Positions 20,572 to 31,348 are shown, counted from the first letter of the stretch. The stretch: 64,000 bases of DNA from an uncultured Gammaproteobacteria bacterium (GCA_942490985.1 CALNYW010000007.1:107657-171656); one strand, 5' to 3'. Notes: a model not told the origin generated them from the letters alone. Program-made: numbers and translations.

Positions 20572-21453
20572 ATGGAACTTGCCTCACTCAAGGCCTTCGT
20601 CGAAGTGGCCGACCGACAGTCGTTTTCGGCAGCCGCTGAGACGCTGTTTCTTACCCAGCCCGCGGTCAGCAAGCGGGTCGCGCAGCTCGAGGGCGAGCTG
20701 GGGGCACGCCTGTTCGACCGCATTGGGCGGCGCGTGACATTGACACCCGCGGGCAACGCCTTGTTGCCCAGGGCGCGTCGCCTGCTCAACGATGCGCGCG
20801 AGCTGAGCCAATTGGTCGATGACCTCGCCGGCGAGGTGCGTGGTCGTTTGACGATGGGGACGAGTCACCATATCGGTCTGCATCGATTGGCCGGCCCGCT
20901 GCGCCAATTCAGCGCGCGTCACCCGGAGGTGCAACTGGATATCCGTTTCATGGATTCGGAAGCCGCTTGTCGCGCGGTCGAGGTCGGCGATCTCGAGATG
21001 GCCATCGTCACGCTGCCACCGGACAACCCCGCACGCCTGCGGTTGGAGCCGATCTGGGATGACCCACTGGCATTCATGGTGGCCCGTGATCACGCCCTCG
21101 CCGATCGCGCCGTCGTGTCGCTCGATGAACTCGCCACGCTACCGGCCGTGTTACCCGGGCCAACGACCTACACCCGCGCGATCCTCGAAGAGGCTGTTCG
21201 GGCACGCGGCGTGACCCTCAACGTGGCGATGGCGACAAACTACCTCGAAACCCTGCACATGCTGGTCGCTACGGGCCTCGGCTGGAGTTTACTGCCGGCC
21301 ACCTTGCTGAATGATGCTGTGCATCGCGTCGTGGTGAGCGATCTGACGCTTTCTCGGCAACTGGGCGCGGTGACGCATCGCAACCGCAGCCTCTCCAATG
21401 CAGGACGACGAATGATCGAAACCTGCCTAATGCAATGCAGGAACAGCGATTAG
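20572..21453 (+). CDS. LysR-family transcriptional regulator
   Basis: N-terminal wHTH text MELASLKAFVEVADRQSFSAAAETLFLTQPAVSKRVAQLE. 293 aa; divergent from leuC. Confidence 0.85.
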   Translation: MELASLKAFVEVADRQSFSAAAETLFLTQPAVSKRVAQLEGELGARLFDRIGRRVTLTPAGNALLPRARRLLNDARELSQLVDDLAGEVRGRLTMGTSHHIGLHRLAGPLRQFSARHPEVQLDIRFMDSEAACRAVEVGDLEMAIVTLPPDNPARLRLEPIWDDPLAFMVARDHALADRAVVSLDELATLPAVLPGPTTYTRAILEEAVRARGVTLNVAMATNYLETLHMLVATGLGWSLLPATLLNDAVHRVVVSDLTLSRQLGAVTHRNRSLSNAGRRMIETCLMQCRNSD

Positions 21454-24400
21454 CGCGCGAACACCGTCGCCAGGCGTAATCTGGCGCTTTCCATGCCCGC
21501 CAGCAAGGTCGGCACCATCAACAGGACCAGGAAGGTCGCAAACGCCAGGCCGAAGGAGATCGATACGGCCATCGGAATCAAAAACTGGGCCTGCAACGAC
21601 GTTTCGAACAACAGCGGTAGCAGGCCGGCGATCGTCGTCAGCGAGGTCAGCAACACCGCGCGCAGACGTTGGCAGGCGGCTTCGACGATCGCCTCTTTGA
21701 CGGCCATGCCTTTTTCGCGCAGTTGTTTATAGAACACCACCAGAATGATTGAATCGTTGACCACGATGCCGGACAGGGCGAACAGCCCAAACATCGACAG
21801 GATGGTTGGCGTGATGCCCATGAAGTAGTGACCATAAAGCGCGCCGACGATGCCAAACGGGATGATCGCCATGACCACCAACGGCCATCCATAGGAGCCG
21901 AACACCCAGGCCAGCACGATGTAGATCATCGCCAACGCGAACAAGGCGCCGCGTTTCATGTCATCGGCCGTATCGCGCTGGTCTTCGGCGCGCCCGGTGA
22001 ATTCCCAGTGGAGGCCAAAATCCGTTGCCAACTCGGGCATCAGGGTGTCACGCAGTTGGGCACGGACATCGTTGGCATTGGCTTGCTGCTTGTCGACGTC
22101 GGCAAACACAGTGACCGCGAGCCGCCCCTCGGCATGCCGCACCGCCTTGAAGCCGCGACGCTCTTCGAGCTCGACCACCGACATCAACGGGACGGTCTCC
22201 CCCGTTGGCAAAAACACATTGAAATCTTCCAACGCGGTGAGCCGGTGCCGCTCCACATCGGGTAGCACGACGCGGACCTCGATCTCGTCATCACCCTCAT
22301 TGAAGATCTGCGCAAGCTCACCATCGAAAGCCCCGCGCAGCTGGCGACCAACGGCCTCGACCGACAGCCCGAGACTCTCGCCGAACGGACTGAGCCGGAA
22401 GACCAGCTGTTGTTGCCCAAACGGCATGTCGTCTTCGACCGCCTTGATCCCGGGTATGGCACCAAGGGCATCCGAAAGCTCGAGCGCCCCGGCTTTCAGT
22501 GCATCGATATCGGATCCGGTGAGTCGCACCTCGAGATCGCGCCCAGGGTGACCACCTGTACGCGAGGTGATCGTCAGGTATTCCAGCCCCGGCGGTTGTC
22601 GCAGACGCGATTCCCAGGCATCGATAAACGTCTCGTTGCGAATCTCACGTTGATCCGACGGGATCAGTTCCACCGTCACCGACGCAAACTGCTCGCCGGT
22701 CTGCGCCTTGCGCCCGTTTGAAAAATAACCCCGACCGGTTGCGACCTTCGCAACCCGGACAAGCTCGGCACCGAATTCCTCGTGCGTCTCGTAGAGCGCG
22801 GTTTCCATCTCTTCAGCAAATGCCGCGACGCGCTCCGGCGGCGTGCCGGCCACAAAGGTCACGCTGGCGATTACCACATTGCCTTCGACATTGGGGAAAA
22901 ACGCGAAGCCCATGCGGCCACCGCGCAGCAGACCGACCAGCACGATGACGAAGGCCAGCGCGATGGCGATGATTGCGACGCGATTGTTGACCGCCCAGGT
23001 CACAAGTGGCCGGAACCAATGATCGCGGAAGCGCGCAAAGCCGGCATCCCAACGTTGACGGAATCGCCCGGGCTTGGCGTGCTGCAGACCCTTGAAGCTG
23101 TGCCGCAGGTGCCCCGGCAGGACCAGGAAGCTCTCGACCAGCGATGCGATGATCACGCAGACGATAACGAACGGGATGTCGCCGAGGATGTTGCCGACGA
23201 AGCCGGTTATCACGAACAACGGGATGAAGGCGGCGATCGTAGTCAACGACGATGACATGACCGGCGCGAACATGCGCCGCGCGCCACCTTCGGCGGCCTC
23301 GAGCGAGCCCTCACCCGTCTGGTAATGCGTCAGTGCGTCTTCACCGACAACAATCGCATCGTCGACGATGATGCCGAGCGCCATGATCAGCGCAAATAAC
23401 GAGATCATGTTCAGGCTGCCACCGGCGAGGTAGACGATTGCGAGGGTCGCCATGAACGAGATCGGGATGCCGATGGTGACCCAAAAAGCCACGCGGCCAT
23501 TGAGGAACAGGAACAGAATCGCCACGACCAGAATCAAACCGCCGAGGCCGTTTTTGAGCAGCAGGTTGATCCGGTCTTCGATCAGCGTCCAACTCTCGTC
23601 GTACACCGTGATCGTGACATCCGGCGGATAGCTTGACGCCGACTCCGCGAGCCAGTCCTGCATGACCTGTGCGGACACCAGCGAATCGGCGGTCGCCGAG
23701 CGTTTCAACTGAAGCTCCACCGTCGGCTCGCCCTGATAGGTCAGCGCGACCTGATTGTCACGGGGTCGGCGTTCGACTTCCGCGACATCACCGATCCTGA
23801 CCAGGCGCCCTTGCTGATCGGCCATCAGCGTTATCTGGGCAAACTCATTCTCGCTCCGCCGCTGGTTGAGCGTACGCACTTCGCGGCCGACGTCATCCCG
23901 ACCAACCGTGCCGGCGGGCAGGTCACGCGACTCGGCGGCAACGCGATCGGCAACATCGCGCAGGGACATGTTCAGCTCATCCAGCGTCGCCTGCGGCATC
24001 TGGATCGCCATTTCGTCTTCCGGCAGACCGGTGATGTCGACCTTGGCGATACCCCGGTCCAACAGCTCGCGTTCGATGCGCCGGACCAGGGGCCGCAACT
24101 CGCGGATGTCATCGGGACCGTGGACCAGCAGCCGGGCGACCGGCTCGTAGCGAACCACGCTGGCTACCTCGGTCGGCTCGGCATCTGTCGGCAGATTTCG
24201 CACCGTGTTGACCAACTCCTCGATCCGGTTGGTCGCCTCCCCCATGTCGGTACCTTCGGGAAACTCCAGCGTGATCACGCTGAGGCCCTGGCTCGACGTC
24301 GAGGTCATTTTGTCCAACCCATCGGTCGTGCGCAGCGCCTGTTCGAGCGGAATCGTGATCGAGCGCTCGACATCCTCGGCCGATGCACCGGACCAGACCG

Positions 24401-24563
24401 TGCGAACGTTCGCGACCTCTACCTCGAAGTTGGGAAAGAACTGGACGTTGAGGTTCGACAATCCCCAGACGCCCGCCAGCAGCATGATGATCATCAGCAG
24501 GTTTGCCGCGACCTTGTGTTGCGCGAAGATTCCGATGATGTCGTTACGATGGGTGAATGGCAT
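21450..24563 (-). CDS. RND efflux transporter, inner-membrane permease (AcrB/AcrD/AcrF family)
   Basis: About 1037 aa from ATG 24563 (MPFTHRNDIIGIFAQHKVAANLLMIIMLL). It shows the 12-TM / two-large-loop RND layout. The gene starts 10 nt after the adaptor stop. Confidence 0.9.
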   Translation of the reverse strand: MPFTHRNDIIGIFAQHKVAANLLMIIMLLAGVWGLSNLNVQFFPNFEVEVANVRTVWSGASAEDVERSITIPLEQALRTTDGLDKMTSTSSQGLSVITLEFPEGTDMGEATNRIEELVNTVRNLPTDAEPTEVASVVRYEPVARLLVHGPDDIRELRPLVRRIERELLDRGIAKVDITGLPEDEMAIQMPQATLDELNMSLRDVADRVAAESRDLPAGTVGRDDVGREVRTLNQRRSENEFAQITLMADQQGRLVRIGDVAEVERRPRDNQVALTYQGEPTVELQLKRSATADSLVSAQVMQDWLAESASSYPPDVTITVYDESWTLIEDRINLLLKNGLGGLILVVAILFLFLNGRVAFWVTIGIPISFMATLAIVYLAGGSLNMISLFALIMALGIIVDDAIVVGEDALTHYQTGEGSLEAAEGGARRMFAPVMSSSLTTIAAFIPLFVITGFVGNILGDIPFVIVCVIIASLVESFLVLPGHLRHSFKGLQHAKPGRFRQRWDAGFARFRDHWFRPLVTWAVNNRVAIIAIALAFVIVLVGLLRGGRMGFAFFPNVEGNVVIASVTFVAGTPPERVAAFAEEMETALYETHEEFGAELVRVAKVATGRGYFSNGRKAQTGEQFASVTVELIPSDQREIRNETFIDAWESRLRQPPGLEYLTITSRTGGHPGRDLEVRLTGSDIDALKAGALELSDALGAIPGIKAVEDDMPFGQQQLVFRLSPFGESLGLSVEAVGRQLRGAFDGELAQIFNEGDDEIEVRVVLPDVERHRLTALEDFNVFLPTGETVPLMSVVELEERRGFKAVRHAEGRLAVTVFADVDKQQANANDVRAQLRDTLMPELATDFGLHWEFTGRAEDQRDTADDMKRGALFALAMIYIVLAWVFGSYGWPLVVMAIIPFGIVGALYGHYFMGITPTILSMFGLFALSGIVVNDSIILVVFYKQLREKGMAVKEAIVEAACQRLRAVLLTSLTTIAGLLPLLFETSLQAQFLIPMAVSISFGLAFATFLVLLMVPTLLAGMESARLRLATVFAR

Positions 24564-24573
24564 GACCGGCTCG

Positions 24574-25869
24574 CTATGACGCTGCAATCTTGACCAGCAG
24601 GCCGTCGAGCGCATTCGGTAGCTGGGTTGTCACCAGCTGCGTGCCCGGCGGCATCGTCGGCGCTTCGATCAGCACCCGCGTGCTGCCGTCGGCGACACGC
24701 GTCTCGCCGATGCGACGCACGGCGATCGGCCTGAGACGACTGTCGCCGTTGACGATATACACCCGGTCGACGCCGTACAGCGCTTCGTAAGGGATCGCAA
24801 TCAGATCGTCGCGGGGCGGTAGCGCGAGATTCAACCGAACGAAGCGGCCCTGGCTGATGGTCTCGCCGCTACCGTTGAGTTCGAACAACCCATCCAGGCC
24901 GCCCGTACCGCTACTGGTCTCACCCGCCAGACTGCGCAAACTGGCCTCGATCGCCTGCCCGTCGATCTCCCCCTTGACGCTAACCGGCTGGCCGGCGACG
25001 AGTGCCTGCCGTACCAGCCGCAAGTGTCGATTGGGGATCTGTGCCCGCACGATCAGTTTGTCGGTATCGAAAAGATCGACCAGCGCATCGCCGACCCGCG
25101 CGCGCTTGCCGGGGGAGACACGGACCTTGGCGATCCGGCCGTTGAACGGCGCGACGACGTCACAGCGCTCAAGCTCCAGCTGTGCCTGATCCCGCAGCGC
25201 CTCTGCCCTGACCCGAGCCGCCTCGACCTCGGCCAGACGTGAATCATGTTCGTCGACCGCCTGCGCCCGCGTCGACAGGGCGATCGCCTGCTGTTCTGCG
25301 GCCTGCCTGGCCGTATCCAGCTGCGACTGCGCACCGACCTTGTTCTTGACCAGGTCCTGCAGGCGGGCGACTTCACTCCGTGCCAGCCTCAACAGCCGTT
25401 GCTCGCGTGGCAAGGCCTCGAGATTGGCCTCATGCCGGCTGATCTCCGCCGCGATGCGGGCCTCGGCCTGCCGCAATTCGGCGTCGCGCTGCGCCAGCTG
25501 CAGGCGCGCGTCGCGGTCATCCAGGCGGACGAGTAGATCACCCTTTTCGACAAAGTCACCCTCGACGACAGGCACCTCGAGCACATCGGCAGTGATCCCC
25601 GCCGTCAAATTGCTCGACCACAGCGACTCGACACGCCCGTAGAGCGTCACAAAAGGCCGATAGGTACCGGGCAAGACCGCCTCAGCACTGATCAGCCAGG
25701 CCCGCTCGTCAACAGACACCGGCGGCGGCTTGGGTTTCGTCGCAATCAACCCGGCGGCCGTTAGCACCGCCGCCACGACAATCACGATTGGCAGCAACAG
25801 TCGCTGCAACCGGCGTTTTCCGGGTCCAGCCGTGGTGCGGCGAATTTCAGTGTTCGAGTCGTCTGTCAT
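24574..25869 (-). CDS. RND efflux periplasmic adaptor (HlyD/MFP family)
   Basis: 431 aa. N-terminal TM, long coiled-coil segment (DAELRQAEARIAAEISRHEANLEAL...) and beta-barrel C-terminus. Directly upstream of the RND permease. Confidence 0.85.
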   Translation of the reverse strand: MTDDSNTEIRRTTAGPGKRRLQRLLLPIVIVVAAVLTAAGLIATKPKPPPVSVDERAWLISAEAVLPGTYRPFVTLYGRVESLWSSNLTAGITADVLEVPVVEGDFVEKGDLLVRLDDRDARLQLAQRDAELRQAEARIAAEISRHEANLEALPREQRLLRLARSEVARLQDLVKNKVGAQSQLDTARQAAEQQAIALSTRAQAVDEHDSRLAEVEAARVRAEALRDQAQLELERCDVVAPFNGRIAKVRVSPGKRARVGDALVDLFDTDKLIVRAQIPNRHLRLVRQALVAGQPVSVKGEIDGQAIEASLRSLAGETSSGTGGLDGLFELNGSGETISQGRFVRLNLALPPRDDLIAIPYEALYGVDRVYIVNGDSRLRPIAVRRIGETRVADGSTRVLIEAPTMPPGTQLVTTQLPNALDGLLVKIAAS

Positions 25870-25989
25870 TCTGCTTCTAGCTACGTCACGCGTTTACCGC
25901 GGGGCCCTGGTCTCGCGGCAATCCCGCCACGTCGGCATTGTTAGGAGGCCCATCGAATTCGTTAGTTCCAATGCCCCTGTCGGCGGTGC

Positions 25990-27144
25990 TCAATAGTCAT
26001 GCTGGGGGTCTATCCAGCGCCACGCCGCGAGCGCGCCGAGCACCGCGACCAGACTCGCTGCCGCATACATCGGGCCGGGCCCGAGTCCTTCCCAGGCATA
26101 ACCACTGGCAAGACTGCCAACGGCACCGCCCGCACCGAACGACACGCTACTGTACAACGCCTGCCCCCTTCCCTGATGACGGCCGCGGAAATAGTGATGA
26201 ACCAGGTGAATGCCGGCCGCGTGGAAGGTGCCGAACGTAGCCGCATGCAACAGCTGCGAGAACAACAGCGCAACCAGGGAATCCGCGTAAAAACCGATCA
26301 GCAGCCAGCGCAACGCGGCAGCCAGCAGGCTGGCGATCAACACCAGGCGCGCGCCGAACCGCTCGAGCAGATGATGCATGACGACAAACAAGCCGACCTC
26401 GGCCAGTACGCCCAACGCCCAGAGTTGGCCGATCAGGGTCTCGGTATAACCGTGATCCTTCATGTAGATCGAGTAAAAGGCGTAATACGGGCCGTGACTG
26501 ACCTGCATCAGGAAAACGGCAACAAAGAAGCCGACGATCGCCGGGCGTTTAAGGAGCTCACCCAGTGACGGCTGGTCCTGTGGATGCGGCTCGGGATTCG
26601 GGTCGCGCACCAGCAGGCTGCTGAGCCAGATCGCGACGAAAATCACCAAGACAGCTGGTAGTACTACCTCCGGGCCACGCGCTTCGACCACCATGCCGAG
26701 CACAACAACGGTCACGATGAAACCGATCGATCCCCAGACGCGAATGCGCGCATAGCGTGCGACCCGGTCTTTGAGATAAGTAAAGGTCACGACCTCGAAC
26801 TGCGGCAGCGAGGCGTTCCAGAAAAAGCTGTACAGGACCATCACCAGCGCGATCGCCCAGAACCCCTCGGCCCAAAACATGCCGAGAAACACCAGCACCG
26901 AGACCAACGATGCCAGCCGGACAATACGCATCCGGTAGCCGAGGTGGTCGCCCAACCAACCCCAGATGTTCGGCGCAATGATCTTGGTCGCCATCAGGAT
27001 CGCCATCAGCTCGCCGATCGCGACCGCGTCGAAGCCCCGCTCGCGCAGGAACAGGCCCCAGTACGGCACCAAGGCACCGAGCAGCGCAAAGTAGAAGAAG
27101 TAAAAGTTGGAGAGGCGCCAATAGGGCATGGACCCTTTACTCAT
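25990..27144 (-). CDS. MFS transporter (HcaT/MFS_1_like type)
   Basis: 384 aa with 12 hydrophobic segments. N-terminus PYWRLSNFYFFYFALLGALVPYWGLFLRERGF is typical of that subfamily. Confidence 0.7.
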   Translation of the reverse strand: MSKGSMPYWRLSNFYFFYFALLGALVPYWGLFLRERGFDAVAIGELMAILMATKIIAPNIWGWLGDHLGYRMRIVRLASLVSVLVFLGMFWAEGFWAIALVMVLYSFFWNASLPQFEVVTFTYLKDRVARYARIRVWGSIGFIVTVVVLGMVVEARGPEVVLPAVLVIFVAIWLSSLLVRDPNPEPHPQDQPSLGELLKRPAIVGFFVAVFLMQVSHGPYYAFYSIYMKDHGYTETLIGQLWALGVLAEVGLFVVMHHLLERFGARLVLIASLLAAALRWLLIGFYADSLVALLFSQLLHAATFGTFHAAGIHLVHHYFRGRHQGRGQALYSSVSFGAGGAVGSLASGYAWEGLGPGPMYAAASLVAVLGALAAWRWIDPQHDY

Positions 27145-27168
27145 GCCAGACAGCTAAGCGCAGACCAG

Positions 27169-27555
27169 TCAACGCTTTTGTGAATTCGCTTCAATCCAGC
27201 GCGCCAATTCAGCTTCATCAACGACGCTCGCGGCGAGATCCTGGATGGTCAGCACGGCGTCCGCCTCTTCGGCGACGAGTTCATGGCCGTTCAATTGAAG
27301 GAAAACATCGATCGCAGCGAGCGAGATCCGCTTGTTGCCATCGCGGAAGCAATGATTCTTGGCAAGGGCAAAACCCAGGGCGGCCGCCAACTCGAAGATG
27401 CTCGGCGGTGGATCGCCGTAGTGGTGAAGTTGTCGGGGCCTCGCCAGCGAGGAGCCGAGGGCGTTCTCATCGACCGGCCCTTCAAGACCGCCATGCTCGG
27501 CCAGAAGCGCCGCATGCATCGCACGCAGCGCCGCCTCGGGAACCCAAACTGGCAC
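27169..27555 (-). CDS. doc: type II toxin Doc (Fic-fold, death-on-curing family)
   Basis: 128 aa with the Doc-type Fic motif HCFRDGNKR. The gene starts 2 nt after the antitoxin stop. Confidence 0.8.
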   Translation of the reverse strand: MPVWVPEAALRAMHAALLAEHGGLEGPVDENALGSSLARPRQLHHYGDPPPSIFELAAALGFALAKNHCFRDGNKRISLAAIDVFLQLNGHELVAEEADAVLTIQDLAASVVDEAELARWIEANSQKR

Positions 27556-27557
27556 GA

Positions 27558-27782
27558 CTACTTGCCCAGTTCGCGCAAGGCGTTACGGTACTTTCGGCGC
27601 GTCTTCTCGAAGGCCTTCATAGCCGCATCGAATTCCGGATCGTAGGGCGTAATCCGCAGCGCGTCCGGACCAGCGTCTGCGAAGACCTGATCCCCTTCCT
27701 GCAACCGTAAAGTCTCGAGCAGTTCTTTGGGCAAGATCACGCCGACCGAACTGCCGATCTTGCGAAGTTTGAGCGTATGCAT
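27558..27782 (-). CDS. AbrB/MazE/SpoVT-fold antitoxin (partner of Doc)
   Basis: 74 aa. MHTLKLRKIGSSVGVILPKELLETLRLQEGDQV is the swapped-hairpin AbrB-like DNA-binding text. Located upstream of doc. Confidence 0.75.
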   Translation of the reverse strand: MHTLKLRKIGSSVGVILPKELLETLRLQEGDQVFADAGPDALRITPYDPEFDAAMKAFEKTRRKYRNALRELGK

Positions 27783-27805
27783 GGCGATTTACCGATTCCG
27801 GGCTT

Positions 27806-27827
27806 AGTTATAACTTTCATTATAACT
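27806..27827. promoter_or_regulatory. operator-like repeats upstream of the antitoxin gene
   Basis: Perfect 10-bp palindrome agttataact (27806-27815). The 8-mer ttataact is repeated 12 nt later (27808-27815 and 27820-27827). The repeats lie 25-45 nt upstream of the antitoxin ATG (27782). Confidence 0.35.
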
Positions 27828-27923
27828 ACGAGCACAGGTTGGGCAAGTTTCAGATTCGCATTTAATGTCACCGCACTGCCGGTGGCCGCGCAGGGTCGGT
27901 TCGCTGCGCGTGCCGCTGCGCAT

Positions 27924-29024
27924 TCAGCCCACCTGCCCCGGAACCACCGGCGTCGACGGCTGCACATCGCCATTCTGCCCGCGCTGGCGCAACGCATGGT
28001 CGAGCAGCACGATCGCCAACATCGCCTCGGCGATCGGCACCGCGCGGATCCCAACACAGGGGTCGTGTCGCCCTTTGGTGATCACATCGGTCGCCGTACC
28101 CTCGACATCGACGGTCTGACCACCCAGCCTGATGCTCGAGGTTGGCTTGAACGCAACCCGCGCGACGATGTCCTGGCCGCTGGAGATACCGCCGAGCACC
28201 CCGCCGGCGTTGTTCGACAGAAAGCCCTCGGGCGTCATCTGGTCGCGGTGTTCCGTGCCGAGTTGCGACACCGACGCAAACCCCGCACCCAGCGCGACCG
28301 CCTTCGCGGCATTGATGCTCATCAGCGCGTGCGCGATGTCGGCATCGAGCCGGTCGAAAATCGGCTCGCCCCAGCCCGGCGGCATACCGCTGGCCGTGAC
28401 GGTGACCTCGGCGCCGATCGAATCACCCGACTTGCGCAGCGCATCCATGTAGGCCTCGAGTTCGCCCACCTGCTCCTCGACCGGCCAGAAAAACGGGTTC
28501 TGCTCGACCGGCTCCCAGCTGAAGCCCGTCGGGAGTATCGGTCCCAAGGCCGATAGATAGCCGCGCACCTGCACCCCGAAGCGTTCCAGCAGATATTTCT
28601 TGGCCACGGCCCCGGCTGCGACCCGCATCGCCGTCTCGCGCGCCGACGACCGACCACCGCCGCGGTAATCACGCACCCCGTATTTCTGGATGTAGGTGTA
28701 ATCGGCGTGGCCCGGACGGAATTTCTGCGCAATGTCGCCGTAATCCTTCGAACGCTGATCCTGATTCAGGATCAACAAGCCAATCGGGGTTCCGGTGGTC
28801 TTGCCTTCGAACACACCAGAGAGGATCTGCACTTCGTCCGGCTCACGCCGCTGCGTGGTGTGACGGGTCTTGCCGGGTCGGCGCCGATCGAGATCCGGCT
28901 GGAGGTCGGCTTCGGACAGTTCCATTCCCGGCGGACAGCCGTCTATGATGCAGCCAATGGCAGTCCCATGGCTTTCACCGAAGGACGTTACCGTGAAGAG
29001 TTTTCCGATAGTGTTGCCTGACAT
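27924..29024 (-). CDS. aroC: chorismate synthase
   Basis: [20 protein letters not shown] start; 366 aa. Confidence 0.95.
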   Translation of the reverse strand: MSGNTIGKLFTVTSFGESHGTAIGCIIDGCPPGMELSEADLQPDLDRRRPGKTRHTTQRREPDEVQILSGVFEGKTTGTPIGLLILNQDQRSKDYGDIAQKFRPGHADYTYIQKYGVRDYRGGGRSSARETAMRVAAGAVAKKYLLERFGVQVRGYLSALGPILPTGFSWEPVEQNPFFWPVEEQVGELEAYMDALRKSGDSIGAEVTVTASGMPPGWGEPIFDRLDADIAHALMSINAAKAVALGAGFASVSQLGTEHRDQMTPEGFLSNNAGGVLGGISSGQDIVARVAFKPTSSIRLGGQTVDVEGTATDVITKGRHDPCVGIRAVPIAEAMLAIVLLDHALRQRGQNGDVQPSTPVVPGQVG

Positions 29025-29094
29025 GCCTTGTTGCTTTGGTTGGTGACGTTGGAGAAATTCAGCCAGTGAAGGCCAGCGCTGGTGAGCCTATGAT

Positions 29095-29838
29095 ATGCGA
29101 ACCGTAACCATAAAGCGCTGGCTTCGCCCTTTAGCAAAGACCCCACTTCATCCGCAATGGATTATGCGAAATAGCCACGACGTGAGCGACTTTTCTCAAC
29201 TCACGGGCCGGGTGCTGGACATCGGTTGCGCTGATGGTCGAATCCAGCATTCATTAGCTCAGAGTGCTGAGTACGTTGGGCTCGACTACTTCGAGACTGC
29301 CGTGGAATGGTACCGCACGCAGCCCGACATCTTCGGGAACGCAGAAAAGCTCCCATTCCCGGACAGCTCGTTCGATGGTGTGATCATGCTCCACACACTC
29401 GAACATATCGAAAAGGCAGATGCGGCCTTGGATGAAATCGAGCGTGTGATGCGGCCGGGGGCGCTCGGCATCATCGAAGTACCCTTCATTTATCCAATTC
29501 ACGATGAACCAAGGGACTTTCGGCGTTGGAGCCAATATGGGCTTCCCGCAACGATTCGCCACCGAGGACTTCTGGTAGAGTCGGTTTCGGCGCGAGGCCG
29601 CGCAAGCGAAACCGCTGCCCTGATGTTTGCCCTGGCGGTCTCCCGCCTGACCCTCGACTGGATCAATGAGCGCAGCATCTGGCTAGCGCTTGCGCCCGTC
29701 CTTTGGCTGCTGATCCCAATCCAAAACCTGATAGGTTTCGCTCTCGCTCCGTTGTGTAAAGGCAACGCCTACATGCCGTTTAGCGTTCGCGTCGTTTTTC
29801 GCAAACCGCTCTCGCAGGTCACGGATGACTCACCATGA
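29095..29838 (+). CDS. class I SAM-dependent methyltransferase with hydrophobic C-terminal tail
   Basis: Motif I VLDIGCADG, then FDGVIMLHTLEHI and RVMRPGALGIIEVPF. Reads as intact. 4-nt overlap with the next gene. Confidence 0.75.
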   Translation: MRTVTIKRWLRPLAKTPLHPQWIMRNSHDVSDFSQLTGRVLDIGCADGRIQHSLAQSAEYVGLDYFETAVEWYRTQPDIFGNAEKLPFPDSSFDGVIMLHTLEHIEKADAALDEIERVMRPGALGIIEVPFIYPIHDEPRDFRRWSQYGLPATIRHRGLLVESVSARGRASETAALMFALAVSRLTLDWINERSIWLALAPVLWLLIPIQNLIGFALAPLCKGNAYMPFSVRVVFRKPLSQVTDDSP

Positions 29839-31042
29839 AGCAACGTCAAAGACTGCTAGTCCTTTCTACGACGTTTCCGCGTTGGCCAGACGATCATGAA
29901 CCCGCATTCGTCTATGAACTTTCAAAATGGCTGACTGACCAGTTCGAAGTCACGATCGTCGCGCCTCACGCGCCCGGCGCGAAGGCCCATGAAAAAATGG
30001 CTGGCATGGACGTCCATCGCTTCAGATACGCACCGGAGCGTCTGGAAACGCTCGCCTATGATGGCGGCATCGGTAGCAACCTAAAGCGTTCCAAATGGAA
30101 GTACCTCCTGCTCCAGGGATTCCTTTTGAGCTTCTTTTTTTCGGCACTTTCCCTGGTCCGAAAGAAAAAGATCGACGTGGTCCATGCGCACTGGATGATC
30201 CCTGGCGGGATGATCGGAGCAGCACTCAAGGTCCTATATCCAAAGTTACGCGTCATCACAACTGCACACGGCGCCGATGTTTTCCAGCTCAAAGCCCCAT
30301 TGTTCGCAAGAGTCCGCCGCTGGGTCGCAGAAGAGGTCGATGCGGTCACCGTTGTAGGCAGGAGCCTGGCTAATCGAGCCAAAGAGGAAGGCTGGTTCAG
30401 CGACAAAGTTTCAATCGCCCCAATGGGGGTAGACCTGGAACACACCTTCGTCCCGAACCAAAAGCCACATGACCATCCCACCTTGGTCTTTGCCGGACGA
30501 CTGGTCGAAAAAAAAGGCGTGCATCTTCTTATCGAGGCGATGCCATTGATCAAGCAATCGATACCAGACATCCGGTTACTGGTCGCAGGTCACGGTCCCT
30601 TACAGAGCGAACTTGAGCGGCAAGTCGACAAGCTTGACTTGGGCAGTGAAGTCACTTTTCTCGGCCGATACCGCAGTTCTGAATTGCTGCCGGACTTTTT
30701 CAGCCAAGCGAAGACATCGCGGTGTTGCCTTTTGTCGAGGCAGCAGATGGCGATGTTGAAGGATTCGGACTGACCACCGTAGAGGCGATGGGGGGATTGC
30801 CTGCGTGGGGTGGGGTGGGCGAATGGCGGCAAACGGAGAAACCGGCCTGGTGAGAAAGACGTTTCCGCGGGGGGCGCGGGGGCACCACGGCAGACGACGT
30901 CTCGGGTGAGCCCGCAAGGCACGGGGCCGGAGGGGGGGGTGATGTAGGGAGGGCGAGGACCAAACGCGAATCGGACGTTTCGACGGGCGAGATGACAAGC
31001 CGGGACGACTCGAATGAACGCTATGATGCGCCTGACCGCTGA
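29835..31042 (+). pseudogene. GT4-family (GT-B) glycosyltransferase, C-terminal third frame-shifted several times
   Basis: In frame to ~30711 (..FLGRYRSSELLPDFFSQA). The E-x7-E region continues in another frame (DIAVLPFVEAADGDVEGFGLTTVEAMG). NGETGLV is in a third frame, and a possible tail ..NERYDAPDR* ends at 31042. The 3' limit is uncertain. Confidence 0.65.
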
Positions 31043-31348
31043 TCAATCAGAATTTATACTTCGGTCAATACTGAGCGGCTTTCCGTCAACTATTCCGGCG
31101 TTGACGGCGAAACTCGCCGGATTTGGAAAATTGAGGCTACAAGCAGTCAGACTTCGTCTGTCGGCATCATGAAGATGTCAAATAGTTAGAGTTACCGTGT
31201 GTTGGGACTCCTCGACGGTTCTCATCCGTGTCAAAATGTGCGCCTGGGGGCGTCTTCAAGATCGTCATGCTGAAGAAACAGCGGGGCCAGCACCACTGGG
31301 ACTGGACAAAGCCGGCCGACAGAAGGGATCATCGATAGAGTAAACGAC

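Noticed and set aside
30590-31046. Minus-strand Pro/Arg-rich ORFs (110, 148 and 87 aa) opposite the G-rich GT4 tail
   Set aside because: They are translations of the C-rich complement of the G-run region. They have no start context or motifs, and the plus strand carries the GT4 E-x7-E text.
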